Source of the DNA: Podarcis melisellensis
Lineage: Eukaryota
Reading direction: 5' to 3' (one strand)
Assembly (NCBI GenBank): GCA_964234715.1
Contig: OZ174276.1
DNA: 64,000 nt
A program made the translations under genes and the position numbers. The notes beneath the pieces are model-generated. The model was not told the origin of the DNA and made no database searches. It was given only the letters and a program-made list of their open reading frames with translations. This document shows, piece after piece, positions 36,301-48,000 of the stretch; position 1 is the first letter of the stretch, and each line of letters starts with the position of its first letter.

Positions 36301-39300
36301 GATAATGTCTGCAGTTTTGTCTATTTGGCATCTAAAAACCTGTGCGGTAGAAAATACTATTGACACAATAGATACTACAGTAGGAGGAAGTTTATGAGAA
36401 GTGTCAAAATATTGCATGCTGGCTACAAAACTACATTGGATGTTTGGCTTGTGGGGTGGAAATAGTAATGAAGAGAGAGCTCTGTAGAAGTTCAAGGAGT
36501 TGGGGTACTTTGTGTAAAAATGTGGCAGGAATGGGAACAGAGAATGTAATCCTTCTATGCTTGAATCTGTTAAATCAGTCGGACAATAGTCATTGCTTAT
36601 CTCATTCTCTTCTCTCTATCCTCACCTGGAAGAAAGTAAACTGTGTCCAGTTCAATGAAGAGGCAACTGTGATCCTTTCAGGTAAGAAATACTTTTCTTC
36701 TCACTCTGCTTACTATTAATCCCAGAGAACTCATTTTAGGCTCTACTCAATATACATCTTTGCTCTCATGCAGGTGCCATTGACTCCAGTGTCCGCTGCT
36801 GGGATTGCCGGTCACGCAGACCAGATCCCATCCAAATCCTGGATGAGGCCAAGGATGGCATTTCCAGTCTGAAGGTGTCAGACCATGAAATCCTTACAGG
36901 GTAAGGAAAGATGGAGTGAAGTTAGAGCTGGAGAGGGCAAATTCCCTGCCGTGCGAAGTCCATGCTGGACCTTGGGATCTGTTAAGAGCTTCCCGACCCA
37001 TCCAGGTGTCTTTCACCCCTCTACTCATCTGCAATGGATTGAAGGAAGCAGACTCAGGAAGCCCTATGGCCGCAATCACATTCCAAAATACAGTGTATGG
37101 CCGCTGACATTGTTTTGTTATTTATAATTATTAGAAATATAAAACTTTTTAACATTATGTATTCTATGCTGTTCTCATAAAGCTGGTGTTTTGCATTACC
37201 AGCATTTGACAATACTTGACTGACCAATTGATCAGATTCTTTTCGGACTAATAAAAAGCCCAGTCCTAAAGTCACACAGCTGTGTAGATCCATAGTGTGT
37301 AGTATCCTCTCATTTCTAAACTTTCATCAGAAACGAAGAAATATTTTCAGTGTTTGCTCCAAAAGGGAGAAAGTTAGTTTCAAAAGAATACAGGCGTGTG
37401 GGGAATCCTGTCCCACAACTTGAGTTCCATGGCTTGAAAACCAGGAATGTTGAAAGGACACCCTTTGAGACCTCGGGGTCATCCGCCAATGTGCTTGCTG
37501 AGTGCCACCCTTCTGCTGCCAGCTAATTTCCACTGCCCCTTTTTTTATTTCTCAGTTCTGTGGATGGGCGTGTCCGTCGCTATGACCTCCGTGCTGGGGA
37601 GCTCTACTCAGATTACATTGGAAGTGAGTGTTGCTTACAGACTTGTTGACAATTTGGTATGATGAGAGACAATTTTCAGGGTGATGGTTCCTGTTGCATT
37701 TCCTTTGCCTCCCTCACCTGTATCCCCCTGCCTCTTCTCTTTAGCAGATGCCCCTCAGGTCCAGACCGAAGGGACTCTGCCACATCTTGTATCACGTCCG
37801 ACACTGACTCATTCTAGGCAGTGGGTAGACTTGATCTCTGCAAGCTACTATTCCTTCCTTCCTTCCTTCCTTCCTTCCTTCCTTCCTTCCTTCCTTCCTT
37901 CCTTCCTTCCTTCCTTCCTTCCTAATTTGTAGCCCTGAAGAAACTCCTAAGAACAAGTTCTGATGGGGATTGCCCAGAATCTTGCACTTTTTTGTTTCTT
38001 GATGCAATCAAACCCAACACTGCCATATTTTCATTATAGGTCCCATCACCTGCGTGTGTTTCAGCAAAGATGGGCAATGTACCCTGGCTGCTAGCTTGGA
38101 TTCTACTCTGCGTTTGCTGGACAAGGATACGGGTGAACTACTAGGAGAGTAAGCAATGCAGTTATTTAGTCCTGTCATTAAAGCTTGCCCTACCCCACCC
38201 TGTTGTCGACAGACAATAGCAGCTGAAAAGAGTGGCTGTTCTTCAGCATTTGGGTGCAGCCAATCCAGTATTTAAGTGTATGAGTGCTTTCATGTAAAAG
38301 AACCCAGAGGACTAGAGAAATTTATGCAATACAGATCTTTATACATTGAATCAGAGCCACAGTCAGTCTGCCTTGAACTCTGGTGATCCTGGGCTTTTGT
38401 TATCCTCCATTTACCTTGCCAGGGACTAGTAACAACCATAGGTGGACTGATGGAGGAAAGCCTGACTGAGCAAAGCAGAAATATTCTCCTCTTTCTTATC
38501 CCATTTCCCTCCAATGACACCCCTAGATATACAGGCCACAAGAATGTAACCTATAAGATGGACTGCTGCATGAGCGAGAGGGACACTCATGTCGGGAGCT
38601 GCTCTGAGGATGGGAAGGTGTACTTCTGGGACCTGGTGGAGGTGAGCAGAATGACCTGGGGAAATGGAGAGGTTTCTTCTTGGGCGGTCATGTAACTTAC
38701 CAGTGCTTCATGGGAGTTGAGCCACTGATACTGTGTGTGTGCGGGGGTGCAGTTTGGGGGGGCTTGAATTCCGTTTGGTTGGATAAGGCAGCATTTAACC
38801 TTGGACAACAAAGCATGAAACCTTCTCTCCAAATTGTTGGTGGTCAGCAGAGACTTTAACTCAGTGCCTTAACTGCTGACAGTAATCATAGCTGTTTTTT
38901 TGTATGACCTAGTTGCCTGAATATGACCACTAAGAACATAGGCAGAGAAATTAATACATAGCATTTTCCAATCTATGTGTTAAACGAACAGTTAAAGCAG
39001 TGGTTTTCAGCCAGTGTACCGTGGCACCCTGGGGTGCTTTGAATGGTGGTCAGGGGTGCCGTGGGCAACAGTGGCCTCTGTCCCTCTTTCCTTCCCTCCC
39101 TCCCTCTGGTGCCCTCTTGCATCTCTGCTTCCCAAAGGCTCGTAGAGTTATTTATTGCAGCGGCCCTGGCTACAAGCTCCCTAGGTGAATGGTGCCTCTG
39201 GGGCTGGTCAGGGAGGATCAAGGGGGCAGCTCAGAGACCAGGGGAAGCAGCTGCAGGTGCCCAGAGGACTCCCAAGGAGAGGGGATTGGAAAGGAAGCTG

Positions 39301-39975
39301 AGGGAACACTCCACAAGGAAGGGTGTTTGAAAAAGGGTGAAAAGCTGCCAGCTTGGCAGGCAAGGGGTGACATAACTGGGCTCCTGAGCCCCACAGAGGT
39401 GCCACAGAAAGAATGTAGTTGGTCAAGGGAGCCATGGACTCAAAAAGATTGAAAATCTCTGAGTTAAAGTGTTACGTAGACCACTATCACTTATTTGAAG
39501 TTTATGGGAGGAAGCGCTTTTGATGCAACTGTATTGGTTCGAAGCTAAATGCAAGATTTTAAATCTCTGGTGTAAATAACATTTGCTTCCTCATGACCAC
39601 TGAGGATCAGGTAGAGTTTGCATGATTTCCACTGCAGGGCATTTCTTCTCTTTCCTCTCTTGAACTTGGACTGTCTCTTTCTCATATTGATCATTCAGCA
39701 CAAGAGGTGGTGCTTGAAAAGCAGATGCAGTTCTGAACTCCAGCCCATGTCTAGCTGCCCAAGTGTTAGGAGTACGTTATCTCTACCCTTATCTTCATTA
39801 TTCTTCTCTCTCCTCTTCACAGGGGTCCCTTGCCCTGAGCTTGCCTGTGAGCAAGACTGCAGTTCAGTCTCTGTCCTTCCACCCAACTGAGTCTTGCTTG
39901 CTCACTGCTGCAGAGGGCCGTGTGCAGTTTTGGAGGGAGGAGTCGTACGTGGCTGAGGAAGGGGAACCAGCCTGA
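33305..39975 (+). CDS. WDR83: WD repeat domain-containing protein 83 (MORG1), 316 aa
   Basis: Coding exons 33305-33407, 34329-34449, 35506-35611, 36633-36681, 36774-36900, 37556-37623, 38040-38148, 38527-38641 and 39823-39975 (951 nt, all GT-AG, frame preserved): MAFPEPK...GAVRAVRFNVDGNYCLTCGSDKSLKLWNP...GHGYEVLDAAGSFDNSQLCSCGADK... WD40 repeats. Confidence 0.97.
34666..34889. mobile_element. Tigger-like MITE nested in a LINE 3' tail
   Basis: TIR CAGTGGTACCTTGGTTT...AAACCAAGGTACCACTG with TA TSD; interrupts TGTGAACCACCCTGAGACC...TATATAAAATCAATCAATAAA. Confidence 0.85.
35665..36200 (-). mobile_element. Degenerate CR1 LINE 3' fragment (WDR83 intron)
   Basis: ACCACATCTTGTGGCAGTGAATTCCATAGTTTAACTATG...AAGAAATCCTTCCTTTT is typical of the CR1 ORF2 3' end read antisense. 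Confidence 0.6.
37851..37923. repeat. (TTCC)n microsatellite
   Basis: Direct inspection. Confidence 0.95.
38998..39461. mobile_element. Non-autonomous hAT element (WDR83 last intron)
   Basis: TIR CAGTGGTTTTCA...TGAAAATCTCTG with perfect 8-bp TSD AGTTAAAG (38990-38997 and 39462-39469). Confidence 0.8.
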
Positions 39976-40313
39976 TGGTCCCTGTCCTGGCTTGAGTGGA
40001 GGACCGAAGCTGCAAGGAGATGGAACTCTCAGCCATACTTCTCTTCAGAAGCACAGTACTGTTTCCACTGCCTTCGGGAAGCTGTGCAACACTGGACTCC
40101 CCTGCTCTTTGGAATCACACTTTGCAACTGGTGCTTGCAACACTTACAATCTCTCAGTTCCATACCAGTTTCCAGAGGGATGGCCATGTTAGTCTCTCTT
40201 CCTCAACCATCAGCAGGTTTCTGTTTTATAAGTACTCTCATCTTTCAACATACCTGAGTTGATTGTTCTCCTTCCCCGCCCCCCAAAAGACTGTATTGTT
40301 TTACTGAAAACTA

Positions 40314-40319
40314 AGTAAA
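40314..40319 (+). terminator. WDR83: Possible WDR83 poly(A) signal (variant AGTAAA)
   Basis: AGTAAA followed by GU/U-rich sequence about 340 nt after the stop. Confidence 0.4.
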
Positions 40320-40996
40320 GTTAAGTTGTTTTTCAGAATGGTCATTTGCCTAAGGCCACTTAGTGGGCTTCATGGCCTTGCAGGTAGGGATCTAAGCCCG
40401 GGTTGCTCACATTCAGCCCCATAACTGAAGTCACTGCTCTACATTGGCTCTCGTGTACTTCAGCATAAATACTATATAAGGAGGCCAGACTGGAATGCAG
40501 TAGTCACCAGTCACACAACTGGACAGCTCAGTGCACTGCATCACACCACATCCTGGTAGGAGCCTCCTGGCGCAAGTTTAGCCACATTGTTCAAACCGGT
40601 TTTACCGGTCTGGGAAACAAAAATTGCCTGTAGCTGTGCTGATGTCTAATATCAATGAGAAAAACATAAAGCATGCTGGGACACAAGAGAGTAGGCCTAA
40701 GTGCCAAACAGAGACATTTTATAGAGCTTACTACAAACAGCAGGCAGATCCAGTGGTTGAAGCCCTGCTTGCCACACTGTTGCTCCAAGAGTGCTTAGGT
40801 GTCTAGGAGTTAGGCAGCACTTCCTTCCACTTTCCTGATATTTCCTTACCTGATAATTTTTGTGTTTCATGTGATCAACAGCTATTTACTTTCACGAAAC
40901 TAATGCCCAAACTGCACAACGTGTAAGGAGATCACCTAAGAGGTACATGGCAGAGTAGTGACCAGATATTTCTGAAGTCACAGCTCTATTGTTTTA

Positions 40997-41221
40997 CAGT
41001 GGTACCGCTAGTTATGAACTTAATTCATTCCGGAGGTCTGTTCTTAACCTGAAACTGTTCTTAACTAGAGGCGTGCTTTCGCTAATCGGGCCTCTTGCTA
41101 CCGCAGCGCCGCCGGTACACTATTTCCGTTCTCATCCTGGGGCAAAGTTCTCAACTTGAGGTAACTCTTCCAGGTTAGCAGAGTTTGTAACCTGAGGCAT
41201 TTGTAACTCGAGGTACCACTG
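40997..41221. mobile_element. Tigger-like MITE (between WDR83 and FBXW9)
   Basis: CAGTGGTACC...GGTACCACTG TIR with TA TSD; internal similarity to the 49572 copy. Confidence 0.85.
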
Positions 41222-41579
41222 TATTGTGTTTGCTTCCCTGCTTTAATAGGTATTTTATTGCATTGGGGTATTTTTAAATAGCTATTACCCAGCCAAGTCA
41301 GAAATGGAAACAAACTGAAGGCAAGAGCTGCTTCACATAACAACTGTATTACATTTACTACTTGCATTCTGAAAACTAGATTCTTTATCAGATCCTACAA
41401 CTTTTCCTGCTGCCTTGGGATGGGGGAAACTCAGGCGTGTGTGTGTGTGTGTGTGTGCGCAAACCGTTGACTTTTGCGCTGCTGGAATGTAGCCTGTTGT
41501 ATAAAGATAAGCAGGCTTTTAAAAACATGCTGCTTGCATGAGAAACAAAACAAGGCACCATCACTGCTGATCAGCCATC

Positions 41580-41585
41580 TTTAAT
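41580..41585 (-). terminator. FBXW9: Probable FBXW9 poly(A) signal (ATTAAA)
   Basis: TTTAAT on plus about 510 nt past the stop codon. Confidence 0.5.
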
Positions 41586-42093
41586 TTAAAGTTGTAAACA
41601 TGGATCAGAACTGGGTCACTAGAGGGTGCTTTTAACCCAATGGGAAACTCCGCCCTCCCTTGTTCCCGTAACTCTTTTCCCTCAAGTTGACATTCCTCAG
41701 GCTCAGAGCTGTGCCTCTAGGATAATATCCTTTTACCTGAAGGGCCAGCTAGTTCTCTTCATTGATCATGCCACTCAGCGGTGCTGCTCTCCTTAAGGCC
41801 GAGTGTGGCAGTGACAGCTCAAGTGGACGAGGAGTATGTGTACATGCGCATACGCACAAGAGAAATGGGAGTGAGCAGCTGACAGGGTTTGGACATGTAG
41901 AGGTCCACTAATTTAGGAGCATGACTTGGTTACAAGCTACCTGGGACAAGTAAAGGCTGAACCTCCACCCCTAACCTCACAGCTCCACAGAGCAGACAAA
42001 ACAAAAACCTAACAACTCAATGGGCACTGGGAACCTGGGGGCAGGTTGTCTGAGACTTGGCACTTGTGTTTGCAAGTGTGGATCACTGACTCA

Positions 42094-45000
42094 TCACACA
42101 CTGAGCTTCCAGACTTCTACAGAGACGCCACCAGAGGCAGCGACGGCCATGTTTCCTTCCACACTGATCTGAAAAAGAGGAGAAAGGAAAGGGTGGGTGG
42201 TGGAGGAAATCTAAGTACAGTGAGCAAAAGTCAAAGAAGCCAACACCCCACCCCCCCAGCACATAACCCCACATAACCAAGACAGCTATGGATGCTTTCT
42301 CCCACAATCTCCCCTGCTCCCTTTCTCAGGTTGGGGCCAATATAAAAAGTCTGTAACTAGGTTGACGAACACCCCCACAATCCTTACCCCATTTAGCACA
42401 CAGCTGTGTGTGTGTGAACAGATGACCTTGGGCGGATCTGTGGGAACATGGATCTGGAAGGGAAATCCAAGAGGTTATGGTCTAGAAGCTTACAATCTAA
42501 TGAAATAGAAAGTTGCGTTTCAGTACCACACAAACAATGGCTAAGTAGAGAAAATAGTGTATGGGACAGAGCAGATTGGTTCGGAGTCACAAGGGTGTTG
42601 TACCAAGGCAACTATTTGGTAAGAAAACCTCCAAAAGAATGACCTGTGTGACTGATAAAGACCAGGAGTGCACTGTGAAGCAATCGGTCTGCAATCAGGG
42701 ACATGGAAACCTGGTATGAAAACAGCTTTGTGCGGGCTCTGGCCTTCCTTTATCATGGCTATGCTAAGCTATTAGTTCTCCCGCAGCTGGTGGGAGACTC
42801 CAAGGGGTTTGGCTGCTTTAGCTAGGAAGACGCACCTTTCATGCTCTGTCTTTCAGCCTGAAAAATGGGCAGGTTTTGCTTTGCCCCCACAGGTGAAGGG
42901 TGGGATAGGGAAGCCCTGTCTCCTAGGCCTGTCTGTGGTTCAGACCTGTAACTTAAACACCACCACAATTCTTACACGCAGTGTCTTGTCAGTGGAAGTT
43001 GTGTAAAGTGCACCCAGTGAATGTTGGATTCCCGTGATCTGAGAGCGGTGACCCACATCGAAATACTGTGGAACAAAACAAAAACAGAGTGATGCTTTGA
43101 ATGGGAGACAAATGCTAGTATGCTGCTGCTGCTGCTTCTTTTACAACTGGTTAGGCACTAGCAGTTCAAAAGCACGTCAAAGTGCAAGTAGATAAATAGG
43201 TACCACTCCTAAGGGAAGGTTAATGGCGTTTCCGTGCACTGCTCTGGTTCGCCAGAAGCGGCTTAGTCATGCTGGCCACATGACCTGGAAGCTGTATGCC
43301 GGCTCCCTCAGCCAATAAAGTGAGATGAGCGCTACAACCCCAGAGTCAGTCACGACTGGACCTAATGGTCAGGGGTCCCTTTACCTTTGGGCACTAATGA
43401 TTTCTATACTATCAGCAAAACATGCTTGTTTGGGTTCAGAAGCAACACTGGCAGAAGAAAAATGGCTCCAAATGGTCAAAGCTCATGAGATTTCTAAGGT
43501 GAATCCCAGCAGTTTTATAAATATCTCTACAATCTACTGTAAAGCAACACCTTATGCTAGGCTATGCTTAGCAAAGCACAAGTAATTTCGTGGGTGGAGA
43601 TTAGAGAAGTACCATATTTCTCCGTGATTCAACTTCTCAGCGTACCCGGATGTGCTGGAAACACCCTCCTTTGTTTTCAAAGACATACAGCTGCCCATTG
43701 TTGTCTCCTGCCCATAGCTGAGCACCATGGTATGACATGGTGAGGAGGTAAGAGTCCAGCTAGGGAAAGAATGGAACTAATGTCACTGGCATTAATCAAG
43801 GTATTGTACTAAAGTAAAGCAGATAGCTCAACTAAGTGAAATAGATTGTGTATGCTAAAGTAGAAAACAAAAAGATGTCCCAAGTTACTTGCCAATATAA
43901 AATATGGGGTGAAATTCTTGAACCTAAATAAGGAAAATTAGCAGAACTGAGGCTAGGTTCAAATATAGTGCAAAACTATGGCTTGTGCTAACCATGAGCT
44001 TCCACATGAACAAGCAAACCATGGTTTAGAGCTGCTTTTCTGCCTTTAGTTTCCCATCTGGCTCAGCACTAAGCTTCAAAAGTTCACCCTTGAGTATTCG
44101 CTTGAGGTAGAGCTACTCCCATTTTCATGGTATAGCAGCCTCTTCAGGCAAAACAATGACCCCGACAAACCACTCTGTAAATTCAGTCAGAACAGAGCTT
44201 CTGTCTGTGGTTTCAAAGCCTGGTTTGCCAGTCCCAAACAAACTGGGAGCAAGCTCATAATGCGAAACCATGGTTCAGCTAAAGCAACTGTGGTTTCATG
44301 TAATGTCTGAATGCAGCCTGACTGTAAAGCAAAAACCGCCCTCTGGAATGTCTCCCACATGGCCTTGCCGTATAAACTTAGGAGAGCAAAGGTCAGGCAA
44401 GAGCAATGCCAAGTTAAAGAATACTTGGGCGAAGCCAGATCAAGGTCCCACTAAACTCAAGACTCTCAACTTGGAATGTGTAGCTTCCTGAGCCATATAG
44501 CCTCTGAGTTTTATTTAGCACCAAAACATACCTAATCTGAACACAAGTAGAAGCCTGGGATTTGGTTTGTAGTCCCAGACCTTCAACTAATACAGAAATA
44601 AGTAGCACTCAAACCCACAGGATTAAGGATTCTCCTGACAAACTCTGGAGACAACACCCACAGATCCTGGTTTTCTAGGTTGCTTTCTAAGGAATTCTTG
44701 GCCATCCTCAGCACAAAAAGGAGAGTCAAAGTCTGTAGCTCACCTGTAGCCTCTGGAGGACACTGTTGGCCCTCCTGTCAAAACACACCAGTGTTCGGTC
44801 CTCACTGCCAGACAGAATGAAGCGCTCATCAGCTGCAAGTGATAGGACTGCACTGGAATGAAGCTTGCGGCTCTTCACTGGGGCTAGCGCAGCTGTGAGA
44901 GAGGACCGAGAGATGCATTAACAGAGCCCAGGCACTTACCCAAGTTCTCACAAAAGAAATGCCTCATTCAGCAAGCACCTCACAGATATTCTCTCTCCCT

Positions 45001-48000
45001 TGTAGGCCATAGTCTTCCAGCTGAAGTCACTTTCATTGGGCAATAACTAAGTAGCAGAGCTGCTGGGTGCTCTCTAGCCAGATCTTCACTACTTCTGACA
45101 AATATTGGGGCAGCAGGCAAAGCTAACCATTGCAGTGATTAGATTTCCTTTAAGCAGCAAGGATTTCCTTTAAGCAGGTCATATTTTTCTAGCCTAAGCA
45201 AGTAGCGTTAAAAAACACTATTTCATTGCGCAGAGTTTTCTAGATAAGATGGCTGCCAGAAGCAGCTACGTGCTAGCCACTTATGTGAACTGAATGGAGG
45301 CATCTGGCTGGGTTTCCTGGCTGCCTGCCCCAGCCCTTCTCCTTCCCTCATAGGAGATAGCAAACTTATCTAAACGCCTGCCACCCCATAGGCACTGACT
45401 GCTTGCAAGTGAGCATGGCAGTTGCAGCTCAAAGCACCAGTATCCACAGGAAACAACTGACACTAACCTCGAGGGTCATACACTGACACCTTCTTGTCAT
45501 AGGTTCCCGTGACTAGAATGTCAGGCAGATATGAAAGGCACAGCACAGCTGCTTTTCCTCTAGAACAAGACAAGAAGGGAAGAATCAGGTGAAGGGCCAG
45601 AGCACACACTTCAAATAATATATGAAAGTCAGTCAACCTCTGCTTAGACTTAGACCAATAGGGTTTAGAAGTGGGATTTGCTAGTTCTCGTTTTGCTGCC
45701 TTCTATGCCGTCCTGTAGGATGAAGCAACCATCCTCTTAATGCCTGCCACACATTAGATGAGACTTCTGCCTCCCCTGACCTCACAAATCAGAAGAACTA
45801 ATTCTTTCCTATATGCAACACACAGCTTTCCCCCTGTTTGCTCTTTCTGCCCTCTCCTGAATCCCTTCATCTGGCTTTTTAGTGAGCTCTTGGGCTATAA
45901 TGAATAAACAACAACAACAAAATCAATGAAGGTCTAGAGTACCCAGTGCTGTCACCAACACCTTAAATCCTTTACTACAGGGGCAAAGTGATCCTGAATG
46001 ATTCCACTTTTTTGCTCATCTTATTTACAGGCAAGTTTTCGTACCCCACACCCTTGCCTCTAATCGTCCTTAGCAACGTTCTGTTCTGCCTAAACAGCAC
46101 AAGGCCTTCAGCCAAGCTAAACCTCTCATGCATCAGCATTGCTAAATAATGCCCCCACAGATTCAACACAGAACACTGTGATGAGGCATCATACTCAGCT
46201 GAACATGTAGCAAAACTCCAGGTTCTGCCACTCCCAAGTGCTACTCCGTTCACAGGGGAGAGAACAGAGGCAACCTTACTTGATTTCTCCACACTGTTGT
46301 CCATTAGCAGCTATGTCCCACAGCTTCACTGTGCTGTCCCAGGAGCCAGAGCACACACGGTCATCTCTTGCAGCCAGTGACCAAACCCATCCCTATGCAG
46401 TGAAAAGAAAAAGCAAGAGCCATCGCTGCACTTCAGTCCTTTTTTTAGTAACACTGTGATTATCATTCTGGTGACATGTAAAGAACATGTGATCTTGCCC
46501 CACTGCAGAGGATAGCCCAAGAAGGTATGGACCGACCCAAATAAGTAACTCTCTCCGGAAGATGAAAAAGGAATAGTTCATCTTTCTACTATCTTCCTGA
46601 ACTGGTGAATGCAGCAAAACAGACTAGCATGGATAGGGGACAGTTGTGGGATTTCCCTTTTCAAAAGACAGACATTTCTAATACAGCTCTGCTTGGGTGT
46701 GTGAAACTGGGTTTCGCTAAGTCAGGAAACAGACAGCAGTTCAGGATGGAGCAACTGGTCCAGCTCTGCATTACAGAATTTTTGAGCGTGCAATACACTG
46801 AATAGAAGTGCCTCAACATCTTCACCCTCTCATAAGGGCTTGCTTCTCTCTAATCAGAAGGGACAGGGAAGAGGTGCAGCCTTCAGATACCATCTCCTTC
46901 CTAGACAGGATAGGCCAGTTTTCCTCCAGGACAGACAACAACTATCCAGCCCCCTTCTCTCTCATAACAACTATTTACTGTGTGGCCAGATGCAAAAGGG
47001 TGTTGGCCATTTGGAGAGGCAACTTAAAGCTTTTTACACTTCTAACAGGCGACCAGTCTATTGTAGACTAACATGCTGTGTTTTCTGAAGGGATAAGGAA
47101 GGTAAAAGAATGCTGGGACAATTAGGAAGGGGTGTTGATATTAAGAAGAGTGTGAACAACGGGAAGCAGTTATACGGTGGGAGAACTGCCACTCACTGCA
47201 AGGCAGTGCCAGGTAAGAAACAGATTGATCTGGGAGAACTGGCCTTGAATCTTTCAGATATGCTATTTCTGCTACTCATTAATCTTCTGTGTATTTAAGT
47301 GCTCTAGACGTTAGCAACAGTAGTGCTTCTGGATTAAACATTTACAGGATGGGATAATTATAGAATTAAAGTACTACCACTACATGACCTAGGGGCCATA
47401 GACTCCAGACTCTGGTTACCTTGTGTGTGCCATTGCGCTCTGTCCCCAGTGCCTTCACCAGCACTTTTTCTGGTGCTTTGCCCAGCTCTCTCAGGTCCCA
47501 CAAATTGACATTTCGGTCCCGAGAACCTGAGACACAGAGCTTCCCACCCTGGATACAATGAAAAACAACCGATTACTGTAAAATCTGAGCCACTGTCCCT
47601 CCTTCTTAAGATACTTCAACAAACAATATACAGGGTAGTGATATTCCAGCACATTGCAAAGTCATACAAAAATGTATCACCAAAGCAACGATTCCACAGT
47701 AAGGAGTGTGAACAAGCAAACAAATAAATCACAGAAGAAGTCTTTTTGTTTCAGTCAATCGTGTATTAGTAGAAGCAACATCAACATGTAAATCAACTTA
47801 AAGACGCTGTTCCGGTACAACCCGTGTTTCTTCCTTTAAGGGGCTTAATCATCGAGCTGTATAACGTAGTCTAGACAATATACAATCAATAGTTTTGACA
47901 AATCTGTCCCTCTGTGCATTTATTCCATAGGAAGAACAGAAAGAGGCTATGAAGCCTTCTATTTGCTGGCCCTCCTTCTTGAGAGGCAGGCACTAAAAAA

